64,000 nt of DNA from positions 32,001-96,000 of the forward strand of contig JAEOTR010000016.1 in NCBI GenBank assembly GCA_016839705.1, in the 5' to 3' direction. The stretch comes from Promethearchaeota archaeon (GTDB lineage Archaea; Asgardarchaeota; Lokiarchaeia; Sigyniarchaeales; SOKP01). This document shows, in pieces, positions 48,440 through 58,849 of this stretch; within the stretch, counting starts at the first letter, position 1; each line of letters opens with the position of its first letter. The notes beneath the pieces are model-generated. The model was not told the DNA's origin. It ran no database searches and was given only the letters and a program-made list of their open reading frames with translations. The position numbers and the translations under genes were made by a program.

Positions 48440-49831
48440 TTACTTTTTTTTAGTTTTCACTATCATTTTCTTAATTTTATCATAAACACTAATTACCCTC
48501 TCTTTCCATTCAGGAAACTTATCTAATCCCTTTGGAAAGCTTTTATAGAGTTTGTTTATTTCATTCATTTTAATTCTGAGAAAATTCAGATCTAACAATA
48601 GTTTTGGTCGAGAAATTCCTTTAATGGTTTTTGCAGCCAAACTAATTATTGATAAATTTAATCCTCCTTTCGAAGAAATTTGTAGGATTTCCTCTCCAGT
48701 TAATATATCACGTTCTAATCCAAAATTTAAATCATCATTCGAAAGAGTTTGAAGCACAATCCGTAATAAGTCTAATGCAGCGAATTCTGCTCCAAAACTA
48801 GTCATAATTCGATGATTATATTCCCATAATGCATTGATTGAATAATCATTTTTTTCGATAGCATGTGTTGCTGAATTAGCAGCATAATATCCAGCTCTCA
48901 TGGAAGGGTCAATCCCTCCACCATGGAGAGGATTAACTTGGCAAGCCGAATCCCCAATGAGTATGATCCCATTATCAGCACAAGACCATAATGGCCTACG
49001 TACAGGAACTACGCCCCCACCTGTGGAAATTATATTGTATTTCGAAGTTTTAATATATTCTTGAAAGACATTTTTATGGTAAAGGTCCTTTACTTTTCCT
49101 TTATAGTCCATAAAAGCTCCTAACCCAATATTTACAGAAGATTCATTTTTTGGGAAATACCAGATATACCCCCCTGGGGCTTTTTCTTGATCAAGGATAA
49201 TTGAGATATACTCAGGATCTTGTACTTCTAAATCTTTAGGGGAAAATTCTACAATCTCCCGATAACATAAGATGCTATCCTCTCTTGGGAGATTTTTTTC
49301 GATTAATGAACTTTTTACAAGTTTCCGTAAAGGAGAATAGAATCCACTAGCATCAATTACAATCTTAGACTTAAAATTAGTTTTTTCTCCATTATTTAAT
49401 TTTACTTTCAGTCCTGACACAGTGTTATTTTCGTAAATTAAATCTAGAGCCATAGTTTTATCTAAAAACTGATTTACTCCCGCATCGACAGCTTCATTCA
49501 ATAAACGTTGTCCAAATTCTAATCTGTTTACGATATAACCAGCTTGCTTTGGATCGACTAAAGTAAGGCATTTCTTTAGACTTGGGGAGTATAGTTTTGC
49601 TCCTTTAATATGACAGGATAATTCCTCACCTTTAGGGTGATTGATATTCAATAACCCGAAGATTTCGTTTCCTACAGCATCTCCACAAATTTTGTTCCCA
49701 ATTTGATCTCTTGGTTTACTGTCAATTAAACACACGTTTAAACCATTTTTTGCTGCAAATCTCGCAGCAATGGCACCGCCAGTACCTGCTCCAACCACTA
49801 TAACATCAAAAGAGTGTTGTATGTTTTCCAT
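48440..49831 (-). CDS. Geranylgeranyl reductase family (DGGGPL reductase)
   Basis: GAGTGG, KICGDA, PGGYIWYFPK, GDSACQVNPLHGGGI. Confidence 0.92.
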   Translation of the reverse strand: MENIQHSFDVIVVGAGTGGAIAARFAAKNGLNVCLIDSKPRDQIGNKICGDAVGNEIFGLLNINHPKGEELSCHIKGAKLYSPSLKKCLTLVDPKQAGYIVNRLEFGQRLLNEAVDAGVNQFLDKTMALDLIYENNTVSGLKVKLNNGEKTNFKSKIVIDASGFYSPLRKLVKSSLIEKNLPREDSILCYREIVEFSPKDLEVQDPEYISIILDQEKAPGGYIWYFPKNESSVNIGLGAFMDYKGKVKDLYHKNVFQEYIKTSKYNIISTGGGVVPVRRPLWSCADNGIILIGDSACQVNPLHGGGIDPSMRAGYYAANSATHAIEKNDYSINALWEYNHRIMTSFGAEFAALDLLRIVLQTLSNDDLNFGLERDILTGEEILQISSKGGLNLSIISLAAKTIKGISRPKLLLDLNFLRIKMNEINKLYKSFPKGLDKFPEWKERVISVYDKIKKMIVKTKKK

Positions 49832-49899
49832 GGCAACTGGGTATTATAATCTACTAAATTTGATATTTAATTTGATTCTGATTAAAAAATTGATATTGA

Positions 49900-50646
49900 T
49901 TATATTAAAGCTAATAGATATATTATAATCGTACTACCTAATGGAACTGTTAAATCATCATACGTACTTGGAGATATTAACTCTATTATAGTTGCAATTC
50001 CACTAGTAATTAATGAATAGATTAAAATTGTGATTAGAGATAAGGGTTCTTGAACAGGTATGAGTAATCCAAATAGGAAAAAAGAGAGAAAACACAATAT
50101 CAAAGCAGTTATGAAAAAGGTAGAAGACCCCTCTAAGGTTCTTTTCGAATTTGTCCAAGGCAAACTGATATTGATCTTTCCCCAACGTTTGCCTATGACT
50201 GAAGCTAATGTGTCTGAAATAATCATAATTAAAATTCCCGCAATAGGAAAATAAAAATTCTCAGGAGCAACAAGCCCAAAAATAAAAACTAATGTTGTAA
50301 TTGAAAGGCAATAGTAAAAAGGACCCTGAAGAAAGGCTCTTTTTAATCCTTCTTCCTGTTCTTCTGATATAGCATCATAGAGATCTTTAAATTGTTTTAC
50401 CTTTGAATCTTTAGAACTAAAAAATACGAATAATGTAAGTGTTCCTGCAATAATAGTTGGCCAAAATGGCCAAAAGTAGAAAGGGGAGCTTAAAATGGCT
50501 AATCCCGCAGAAAAATGAACAGTCTTTCGTGCGGAAAATTTAGAAATCTTATTTTTTTTATATAATATCAAAGGGATAAAAATTGTCAGCAATACATAAA
50601 AGTAAGTAATTCCGACAATTCCAAGGTCAGAGATAAATCTATTCAT
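49900..50646 (-). CDS. CTP-dependent polyprenol/diacylglycerol kinase family (SEC59/DGK1/VTE5-like)
   Basis: RKTVH, GPFYY, DTLASVIGKRWG, KRTLEGS, DDLTVP. Confidence 0.88.
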   Translation of the reverse strand: MNRFISDLGIVGITYFYVLLTIFIPLILYKKNKISKFSARKTVHFSAGLAILSSPFYFWPFWPTIIAGTLTLFVFFSSKDSKVKQFKDLYDAISEEQEEGLKRAFLQGPFYYCLSITTLVFIFGLVAPENFYFPIAGILIMIISDTLASVIGKRWGKINISLPWTNSKRTLEGSSTFFITALILCFLSFFLFGLLIPVQEPLSLITILIYSLITSGIATIIELISPSTYDDLTVPLGSTIIIYLLALI

Positions 50647-50761
50647 TTTGGTATGTAATCTATTATCTATTAAACCAAAGAAGTATTCTTGCTTTATAGA
50701 TTTTTTTCATATTCCTTTGTATGATTATTACGAATAATATGATCAAGAGTATGAATATTCC

Positions 50762-52015
50762 TTATGGAGGTAAAGGGGGAACTTCGTTATTTTTCCATTG
50801 ATTCACAATCGGAAAAGTCCACCAATGTTCAGGAACATTAGAATAAACGCTATATTTTTCTAAACCCTTAGTAAAAGCATTAACGTTTGATTCTGGGGCT
50901 TGAATATGATCTGTTTGAGGATAGAAATATGCTCCAAATCCTCCTTTTCGAGTTCCCAGATTACGAACCATGTGCCAAACTTCTCGTTCACATTCTTCGG
51001 GTGTCCCTTGTGTATAAATCGATTGAATATTGATACATCCCCACATCATTATCTTTCCACGAAATTGACTCAATTCCTTGTAACCAGTCATCCGAGGACT
51101 ATCAAGTTCCAAGGCATCTAATCCCCAATCAATTAACAATGGCATGATTGGATCAATTTTACCACAGCAGTGCAGATGAAAATCACACCCTAAATCATGT
51201 GCAGTATCAATTAGTTGTTTATAAACTGGTTCATAAAATTCCTCGAAGATCTTGGGGTTGAAAAATGGCCCTTTTTGTTCGCCTAAATCGTCATATAATA
51301 CAAAACCGTGGGGATTCGCCCCATGTTTAACCCACATTTTTTCTTGTTCAATAAAAATATTAGTAATAATCTCTAAAAGTTGTTTAAGCTCTCTTTTATT
51401 TTTATAATGATCTACTAAAAAGGTATTAAATCCTCGCATAGAACTTGCAACATAAAACGGTCCAAGACCGAGACTATACATACGATATTTATTTTTTGCT
51501 CTTTCCTTACTTCTCTCAATAACATAAGAGTATCGATCCTCTTCATCCATGTTTGGTGTATATTTCTTGAAATATTCCTCTAATTTACTGTAATCGGTCA
51601 ATGAAGGTCTTCCAGGGTGTCCCATAGTATTAATACCACCTATAATCCATATAGTCCCAAATTCGTCAATTTCTTCTCTTGGTAAATTCAACCAATCCTT
51701 ATATTTCGGATCTTTAGCCCATTCAGGTTTATCCCATTCCCATAATTTATAGTTTATTAAATAATCAGGTACATGAGGAAATAAGCCTTTTTCATTTTCA
51801 TAATGTCCGGGTTGCCAAGATTTAGAAGGTAAAGAAGCAAGGGTATAAACATCGCTTCCTCGACTGAATTTCCAAATTGGAACTTTATCTGGTCCTTGAA
51901 AATTGAGAGCAGCTTTTACACGTTCGATTGAGTTTAAGTTTTCCACCTTGAAAAAAAAAGTTATAATTGAATGTATAAAATTAAAATTTTTATTAAAACT
52001 TTTATTGAATATCAA
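50762..52015 (-). CDS. Uroporphyrinogen decarboxylase/MtaA-like family protein
   Basis: ERVKAALNF..PDKVP, RGF..FL.D, DDLG.Q, HCCG, GTPEE. True start is probably the GTG of VENLNS downstream of the track start. Confidence 0.85.
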   Translation of the reverse strand: MIFNKSFNKNFNFIHSIITFFFKVENLNSIERVKAALNFQGPDKVPIWKFSRGSDVYTLASLPSKSWQPGHYENEKGLFPHVPDYLINYKLWEWDKPEWAKDPKYKDWLNLPREEIDEFGTIWIIGGINTMGHPGRPSLTDYSKLEEYFKKYTPNMDEEDRYSYVIERSKERAKNKYRMYSLGLGPFYVASSMRGFNTFLVDHYKNKRELKQLLEIITNIFIEQEKMWVKHGANPHGFVLYDDLGEQKGPFFNPKIFEEFYEPVYKQLIDTAHDLGCDFHLHCCGKIDPIMPLLIDWGLDALELDSPRMTGYKELSQFRGKIMMWGCINIQSIYTQGTPEECEREVWHMVRNLGTRKGGFGAYFYPQTDHIQAPESNVNAFTKGLEKYSVYSNVPEHWWTFPIVNQWKNNEVPPLPP

Positions 52016-52088
52016 ATTTCAATCCCAAAAGAAGTAGATCAATATTAAACATATAAGTAACTAAGAAAGTTAAGTATGTGAAAATAGA

Positions 52089-54770
52089 TTGACAAAAAAG
52101 GCTTTTGGTTCTGGGTATTTTGGTGAATGGATTGAAGATGAGTTTGGTTTGCCTGCCTATCGTTATAATTGTGATCAGCTAAAGGATCCCAAAGCAATAA
52201 CACCGATGAATGAAGCTTGGCGTTCAAAAACAGACCATATTCACCTAGTTGGAAATGACCGTTTAGCTGGAATTGCCTCTAATTATGGATATATACAAGT
52301 TCGTCAGGATGAAGGAAGTCCTAAATATCTTAATGAATATAATCCTGATCAAGGCCACTATGCTGGCGGGTTTGGTTACCTAACTGATGGTAAGGATTAT
52401 CTGAGCACATTCTATCCAGGAACTGGTGAGAATTTCGATAGAATTTTCGGGGTCGGTTACTACCAAAAAATTGTGACTGGATTCGACCTGTGTGCCGATC
52501 AAGTTATTTTTGCTCCATATGGAGATGATCCCATCTTAATATCTCGGATAAAGTTAACAAATAATAGAGATATGTCTGTTGATCTTCGTTGGGTTGAATA
52601 TTGGGGTTGTCAAATGTACCAATTTTCTCCGGATGCATATCTTATTGCGATGCGAGACAAGAATGTATCTCTTGCAAGAGATTATAGGCACCAATTTTGC
52701 AATAAATTTAATCATGAGTTTGAAATAATAAATGATGGTTCAGGTATAATTGAGACAAAATATTTTGAAAATCAAAAAGACGGAAAAAAATCTGCAATAC
52801 CTAAAATAACTATGAAAGATATGAATCCTCCTCGAACATTTCTCGTTTCGTTGGATGCTAAAGCCGATGGGATAAGCATGAGTGAAACCGATTTTTTTGG
52901 GAAAGGTGGTGTGTTAGCTCCTGATGGGCTTAGAAATCCATTGAAGTCAACTAATGATGAAAATAACGAGGAAAAAGCAATGCTCTTGGAGCGTAAAATC
53001 CATTTAGAACCTGGTGAGAGTCAAACAATTCATTTTCTATATGGTTACCTCCCTGAAGGCTTCGCATTTGAGGTTTTAGTTAGTAAATATATGACTGATT
53101 TACCAAAACTATGGGAAGTTTCGAGTAATAAATGGAAGGAAAATCGAATTAGTTTATTGATTCCAGACGAACCTTGGGTAAATCGTGAACTATTATGGCA
53201 TAATTATTATTTACGTGGAAGTATGACATATGATAATTACTTTAAGGAACATATTCTTTCCCAAGGTCAAGTATATCAGTATATTATTGGATTTCAAGGA
53301 GCTTTACGCGATCCAATGCAACACGTTATGCCTTTCATTTATAGTGAGCCAAATATAGTGAAAGAAATTATCAGATACGTCTTAAAAACCACCAATCCAG
53401 AGGGGGATATACCTTATGGGATAACAGGTAATGGTATGATATTACCTGCGGGTTATAAACCATCAGATCAACAAATGTGGTTGTTGTGGCTAATTAGTGA
53501 ATATATTTTTACTACAAGAGATATTGATTTTCTTAATGAAGAGGTGCCGATTTATCCGGTATATGGAAAAAATTTAACTACCAAACAGATAAAAGAAATA
53601 TTGTTAACATGTTATGACTACTTTACCAACACTTTGGGGTCGGGACCACATGGTCTTCAACGTATATCTAATGCGGATTGGAATGATGGCGTAATTTTAG
53701 GAAATATTTCAAGAGAAAAACACGATGAGATTGTTAAAAAAGGAGAGAGTGTACTAAACGCAGCAATGGCATCTTATGTACTTATGGTTTATGGAGAAAT
53801 GTTAAATTACACTGGAGATAAAGAGAAGTCTAGGGAAGTATTGAAATATGCAATGGATCAAAAGAAAGCCGTCCATGCTCAATGGAACGGAAAATGGTTC
53901 AAAAGAGCTTGGTTAACAGATGAAATTGGATGGATAGGAGAGGATCAGTTATGGTTAGAACCTCAACCTTGGGCAATTATTGGAGGCGCCTCTGATTTAA
54001 AGCAGACTAAAATTTTAGTAAAATCAATAAATAAATATCTAAGAAAATCAACAAAAATAGGAGCTAAACTAATGAGTAAGGGAGTAGCAACAATGCAACG
54101 TGAGTTAGGAATGAGAGTAAACGGCGGGGTCTGGCCTTCTATTAACGGAACATTAATCTGGGCTTTTTCAATTATTAATGAGGATTTAGCCTGGGATGAA
54201 TGGAAGAAAAATACCCTCGCATATCATAGTGATAATTATCCTGAAGTTTGGTATGGTATATGGAGTGGTCCAGATGTATATAATTCAGACTTATCTGAAT
54301 ATCCGGGTCAAACTCATTTTACAGAGGAATTGGTGAGTTGGAAAAGAGAGAAAGAAGCAAAAATTCATGACAATACCTTTGCTGTGAACTGGACGGATTT
54401 TCCGGTAATGGATCTACATCCTCATGCTTGGCCCTTATTTAATACCATTCATCTTATTGGAGCACAATTTACATCTGAAGGTTTAGAGCTTGCACCTATA
54501 TTACCACAAGATGTATATAGGTTCTCATCTCCAATTTTAGGTCTTGAAAAATCGAGTAATAATTATTCAGGTTGGTACAAGCCTCTGGCTAAAGGTACAT
54601 GGGAAATAAGATTGAAATTAAAAGGTGAAGAAATAAATAATATTGTCTCTTTAGAAGTGAATGGTAAAGAAGAGAATTTCCTCATTGAAGATAATACAGT
54701 TAAATTTAGCGGAAGAAGTGAGATTCATAATGCTTTAATGTGGAAAATTACTCTATCACAAAACATTTAA
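52089..54770 (+). CDS. GH94-like (alpha/alpha)6 glycoside phosphorylase/hydrolase
   Basis: LRD..Q, SDQ.MW, DWND catalytic motif, GES, WNGKWF.RA, W.EPQ.WA, NGG. Confidence 0.78.
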   Translation: MTKKAFGSGYFGEWIEDEFGLPAYRYNCDQLKDPKAITPMNEAWRSKTDHIHLVGNDRLAGIASNYGYIQVRQDEGSPKYLNEYNPDQGHYAGGFGYLTDGKDYLSTFYPGTGENFDRIFGVGYYQKIVTGFDLCADQVIFAPYGDDPILISRIKLTNNRDMSVDLRWVEYWGCQMYQFSPDAYLIAMRDKNVSLARDYRHQFCNKFNHEFEIINDGSGIIETKYFENQKDGKKSAIPKITMKDMNPPRTFLVSLDAKADGISMSETDFFGKGGVLAPDGLRNPLKSTNDENNEEKAMLLERKIHLEPGESQTIHFLYGYLPEGFAFEVLVSKYMTDLPKLWEVSSNKWKENRISLLIPDEPWVNRELLWHNYYLRGSMTYDNYFKEHILSQGQVYQYIIGFQGALRDPMQHVMPFIYSEPNIVKEIIRYVLKTTNPEGDIPYGITGNGMILPAGYKPSDQQMWLLWLISEYIFTTRDIDFLNEEVPIYPVYGKNLTTKQIKEILLTCYDYFTNTLGSGPHGLQRISNADWNDGVILGNISREKHDEIVKKGESVLNAAMASYVLMVYGEMLNYTGDKEKSREVLKYAMDQKKAVHAQWNGKWFKRAWLTDEIGWIGEDQLWLEPQPWAIIGGASDLKQTKILVKSINKYLRKSTKIGAKLMSKGVATMQRELGMRVNGGVWPSINGTLIWAFSIINEDLAWDEWKKNTLAYHSDNYPEVWYGIWSGPDVYNSDLSEYPGQTHFTEELVSWKREKEAKIHDNTFAVNWTDFPVMDLHPHAWPLFNTIHLIGAQFTSEGLELAPILPQDVYRFSSPILGLEKSSNNYSGWYKPLAKGTWEIRLKLKGEEINNIVSLEVNGKEENFLIEDNTVKFSGRSEIHNALMWKITLSQNI

Positions 54771-54788
54771 TTCGATGAGGAAATATTT

Positions 54789-56159
54789 ATGAAAAAAATA
54801 ACTTTCCCTATTGATTTTTTATGGGGTACTGCTACTGCTAGTTATCAGATAGAAGGAGCTTGGAATGAAGATTTGAAAGGTGAAAGTATTTGGGATATGG
54901 TTTCTCACACCCCGGGTAAAATAAGAAATGGAGACACTGGGGATATTACGTGTGATCATTATCATCGTTATAAAGAAGATATACAAATAATGAGACAACT
55001 TAATCTTAATGCTTATCGATTTTCAATATCCTGGCCTAGAATCTTTCCTTTGGGAAAAGGAAACATTAACAAAAAAGGTGTAGAATTTTATGATAATTTA
55101 ATTAACGAGTTAATATCTAACGATATTGAACCGGTCGTAACACTTTACCACTGGGACCTTCCTTTAGCACTTCAAGAGATTGGTAGTTGGGAAAATCGTG
55201 AGGTTGTTGACGCATATGTGGAATATGCAAAATTTATGTTTGACCATTATGGTGACCGTGTAAAAAAATGGATTACTTTCAATGAACCTGCTGTTTTTAC
55301 TGTGTCTTTTTATGGTGGTGGTGTGTTCACGGGTAATAGGGATCTTAGAGGAGGGTACATTGCTTCTACAAATGTTAATGTTGCTCATGCAAAGGCGGTG
55401 AAAGCTTATCGGAATTCTAAAAATCCAGATGGTGTTATTGGAATTACTCTAAACTTAACACATGTATATCCGAAAATTAAATCTTCCTTAAATTCAGAAG
55501 CTTCTTATTTTATAGATGGAATATCTAATAGATGGTACTTAGATCCCATTTTCAAAGGAGAATATCCTGAAGATATTCTAAATTTTCTAAAAACAAAGTT
55601 CAATTTTCCTGATATACCTCAAGGAGATTTAGAGTTATTGAAAGAAAATCCTATTGATTTTTTGGGTATAAATAATTATTCTTGCACATGGGTTGCGGCT
55701 GAAAAACCGGAGGACCTTACAAGAGTAAGCAAATTAATAAAAACTGAAAGGATTGAGGGACGGGAGTATTCAAAATATGGTTGGGAAGTATGTCCTGAAG
55801 GATTCTATGATCTCCTTGTGAGAATAGATAAAGATTACGATCATCCCGTAATTTATATTACAGAAAATGGATATGCCGATAAAGATGATAATATTGAAAA
55901 TGGGATTGTACAAGATGATGATCGTTTGAATTATCTTAGACGATATTTTAAGGCAGCCCATGATGGTATTAAGGAAGGTGTAAAGCTTAAGGGATATTTT
56001 ATTTGGTCATTACTAGATAATTTTGAATGGCTTCAAGGATATTCTATACGTTTTGGACTAATACGAGTAAATTTTGAAACACAAGAAAGAATATGGAAAA
56101 AAAGTGCCCAGTGGTATAGGGATTTGATTGCTCAAAATGGATTTGATCTAGATTTATAA
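54789..56159 (+). CDS. GH1 beta-glucosidase
   Basis: ATASYQIEG, YRFSISW, TFNEP (acid/base), ITENG (nucleophile), WSLLDNFEW. Confidence 0.96.
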   Translation: MKKITFPIDFLWGTATASYQIEGAWNEDLKGESIWDMVSHTPGKIRNGDTGDITCDHYHRYKEDIQIMRQLNLNAYRFSISWPRIFPLGKGNINKKGVEFYDNLINELISNDIEPVVTLYHWDLPLALQEIGSWENREVVDAYVEYAKFMFDHYGDRVKKWITFNEPAVFTVSFYGGGVFTGNRDLRGGYIASTNVNVAHAKAVKAYRNSKNPDGVIGITLNLTHVYPKIKSSLNSEASYFIDGISNRWYLDPIFKGEYPEDILNFLKTKFNFPDIPQGDLELLKENPIDFLGINNYSCTWVAAEKPEDLTRVSKLIKTERIEGREYSKYGWEVCPEGFYDLLVRIDKDYDHPVIYITENGYADKDDNIENGIVQDDDRLNYLRRYFKAAHDGIKEGVKLKGYFIWSLLDNFEWLQGYSIRFGLIRVNFETQERIWKKSAQWYRDLIAQNGFDLDL

Positions 56160-56162
56160 CTA

Positions 56163-56906
56163 TTATTCTTCTTTCTTCTTAGGATAAGGAATTTTCGGTG
56201 GTAAACCTATATATTTTTCCATCAGATTTAGATAGTTTTTAACTTTATCCCATAATGTATTATCGGAAAAGATTGGGTCAGGCAATGAGAATGAACGACT
56301 TGCTATTATCCCCATTAGTGCATTTCCTATTTGATTTACATGTAATCCATCTAACATCAGATTTCTATAGGTATTTGGATCTTTTTCATAAAATGGAGAA
56401 AAATACTTATATTGATCTATTAGAGGAATTTCCATCTCTCTTGACAAATTTCTATTTACTTCAACAATCTCAGGAAACCGTTGGAAAATTCTATCCATTC
56501 TATTATAGAGAAGGCAATAATATGTCTGAAGAACAGGCAGTGCTTTTATTTCCTTAATTTTTTCAACTGCCTGAGTAAGATAATTCTGGTATTCTTGAAT
56601 TGTCAACCCTTTCCATGCGTCGTTGCCTCCTATTGTTATAATAACGAGATCTGGATTAAAAGAGAGCACATCTCTATCAATTCTCTTTAAAAGATCTTTT
56701 GAAGTTTCTCCACCAATACCGGAATTGATTGTTGTAATATGTCTTCCAATCCATTCTCTCATGGCACTTGATAACCACGAGAACCAGTTAAAATACCCTA
56801 ATGAATGCCAATGAAGTTCAGTATTACTTGAACCAAAAGCGACAACACGAATAGGTTTCTGAGGATTAAGTTTCCATTTATTCCCTATACTTTCTAAATT
56901 CTGCAT
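56163..56906 (-). CDS. SGNH/GDSL hydrolase
   Basis: FGSSNT, NSGIGG, GGND, DGLH blocks. Confidence 0.9.
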   Translation of the reverse strand: MQNLESIGNKWKLNPQKPIRVVAFGSSNTELHWHSLGYFNWFSWLSSAMREWIGRHITTINSGIGGETSKDLLKRIDRDVLSFNPDLVIITIGGNDAWKGLTIQEYQNYLTQAVEKIKEIKALPVLQTYYCLLYNRMDRIFQRFPEIVEVNRNLSREMEIPLIDQYKYFSPFYEKDPNTYRNLMLDGLHVNQIGNALMGIIASRSFSLPDPIFSDNTLWDKVKNYLNLMEKYIGLPPKIPYPKKKEE

Positions 56907-57040
56907 AAAAATCTCAAGTATTTAAAATTTCCAAATCATAAAAGATTTTCTAAAGAACTTCCTTAACTTTAGGTTAATTAAAAATAGAACAAATTAAAAA
57001 AAAAGTAAATTATGGTATTTTTTTCGGTCGAGAAAATCAC

Positions 57041-57478
57041 TTATTCAAGAAGGTCTGCACCGAGTTCCATAGCGAGAGCAAGAATCTCTCCATATGCAAT
57101 AGCATCCTGCAAATTCCCTTCAATAACAAGATCCCCAGACATATATGCACTTGTAGAATCAATTTCGCCTGAACTCATTCCTGTCCAAGTAGTTTGTGAT
57201 GCTTTCATAGTAACACTTGCTTCATCACTTGCTCCTTCAGCATAATCAACAGATCCTTCTCCAAATTTTATCCAATATTTAAAGTCTTTATCAGTTACTT
57301 CTTGTTGGACAATTATTGTGTCAATATCCTCAAGTTCTTCTTTAAGTTCTTCATTTTCCTCTGCTAGCTGCTTAATGAATTCATACATTTTAAGAGCACC
57401 AGAAGGTTCGCCTGGACCCTTCTCTCTCATTTCTTTTAATTCTTTTATTAAGTTTGCGTCAACCATTTTGATTATCAA
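57041..57478 (-). CDS. SCP2 sterol/lipid-binding domain protein
   Basis: G..D.TSAYMSGDLVIEGN SCP2 signature. Confidence 0.88.
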   Translation of the reverse strand: MIIKMVDANLIKELKEMREKGPGEPSGALKMYEFIKQLAEENEELKEELEDIDTIIVQQEVTDKDFKYWIKFGEGSVDYAEGASDEASVTMKASQTTWTGMSSGEIDSTSAYMSGDLVIEGNLQDAIAYGEILALAMELGADLLE

Positions 57479-57609
57479 CCTTTTTTTTTAAAAACTAAAA
57501 AAAAACTTAGTTATAAAATGCAATGTCATTTACTTTTAAAGTTTTATTTTAAAACTGGCTTCTAGGTATAATAATCAATATTGATATTTGAGCAAATCTA
57601 TAGATTTCC

Positions 57610-58818
57610 TCATCTTAAACAACAATCTTTGTACTTGCTTCCGCTTCCACATGGGCAGAGTGCATTACGACTAATTTTTTTTACTTTAATTTGAAATGAT
57701 GAATTCAAATCGTTATTCTTTTTAATTTGATCTGCTAATATTTTAAATCGAGGTAGAGTATTAACATAAAATTTCTTCCATCCTTTACATAATGTACTTA
57801 AGGTTCTTGAAGAGTTTAAAATATTATATCGATGCTTTTGGCAGTCTCCATGACAAAAAGAAATAAATGGACAATTGTTACACCTACTATTGAATTCTGC
57901 TTTTTGATTACCAAAAGTGTGATAAGTTGCCGAATCTAAGAAATCATTCCAAGTATGTGTTTTTACATTACCTAACAAAAGGTCTTTACGAACAAAAAAA
58001 TCACATGGATAAACACCGCCATCATATTCTACCACGAAATATTGACAGCAATTATTACTCATATAGCAAACGCTATACGTTCCTGATACTAAGTAATTTA
58101 AAATCGAGTCAAATAGTCGAATAGAGACCTTATTGATATCTTCTTTTATCCATTGCTCAAATAAATCGCATAGAAAATCCCCCCAATCTTCTCCCGTTAT
58201 TGAAAATGGTTTGAGTTTACCTCGATCATCATATTCAACACAGGGGATATATTGGTGATAGAAAAAACCCTGATCTTTTAAATAGTGGTAAATCTCACTA
58301 GCTCTCCTTACCGTTTTATCATTAACTAAACTAAGGATATTAAATTCAACATTATGTTTTCTTAAGTGATTTATTCCGCGTAATACTTGGGAATGAGTTG
58401 GTTTAAGACTGATTGTTTTTCTATAAAAGTCGTGGAGATATTCCGGTCCATCAAGGCTTACACCAAGAAGAAACTTGTATTCTGCAAAAAATTTTGCTAT
58501 GTCATTGGTGATAAGAGTTCCATTTGTTTGCAATCCATTACTTATAACTGCATTAGGAGGTGCATATCTTGCCTGTAGTTCTACAACTTTTTTAAAGAAC
58601 TTCAGTCCCATCATGGTTGGTTCGCCACCCTGCCACCCAAAAGCATAGTTATTGTTTTGATCAGTCTGCATATAACCAGCTATCATACTTTCTAATATAT
58701 CTTCTGACATTCTTGGGTGATCTTTCCCAATTTCAAGGTGATCAATATAGAAACAATAATGACATCTAAGATTACAATCAGCAGAAGCAGGTTTGATCAG
58801 TAATGAGAATGGTTTCAT
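57610..58818 (-). CDS. Anaerobic sulfatase maturase (radical SAM/SPASM) with SEC-C tail
   Basis: KPASADCNLRCHYC, WQGGEP, QTNG, YPCD, CNNC...CHGDC, RNALCPCGSG.KYK.CC. Confidence 0.95.
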   Translation of the reverse strand: MKPFSLLIKPASADCNLRCHYCFYIDHLEIGKDHPRMSEDILESMIAGYMQTDQNNNYAFGWQGGEPTMMGLKFFKKVVELQARYAPPNAVISNGLQTNGTLITNDIAKFFAEYKFLLGVSLDGPEYLHDFYRKTISLKPTHSQVLRGINHLRKHNVEFNILSLVNDKTVRRASEIYHYLKDQGFFYHQYIPCVEYDDRGKLKPFSITGEDWGDFLCDLFEQWIKEDINKVSIRLFDSILNYLVSGTYSVCYMSNNCCQYFVVEYDGGVYPCDFFVRKDLLLGNVKTHTWNDFLDSATYHTFGNQKAEFNSRCNNCPFISFCHGDCQKHRYNILNSSRTLSTLCKGWKKFYVNTLPRFKILADQIKKNNDLNSSFQIKVKKISRNALCPCGSGSKYKDCCLR

Positions 58819-58849
58819 ATTTTTTATTTTATACGACTTCAGTTTTGAT

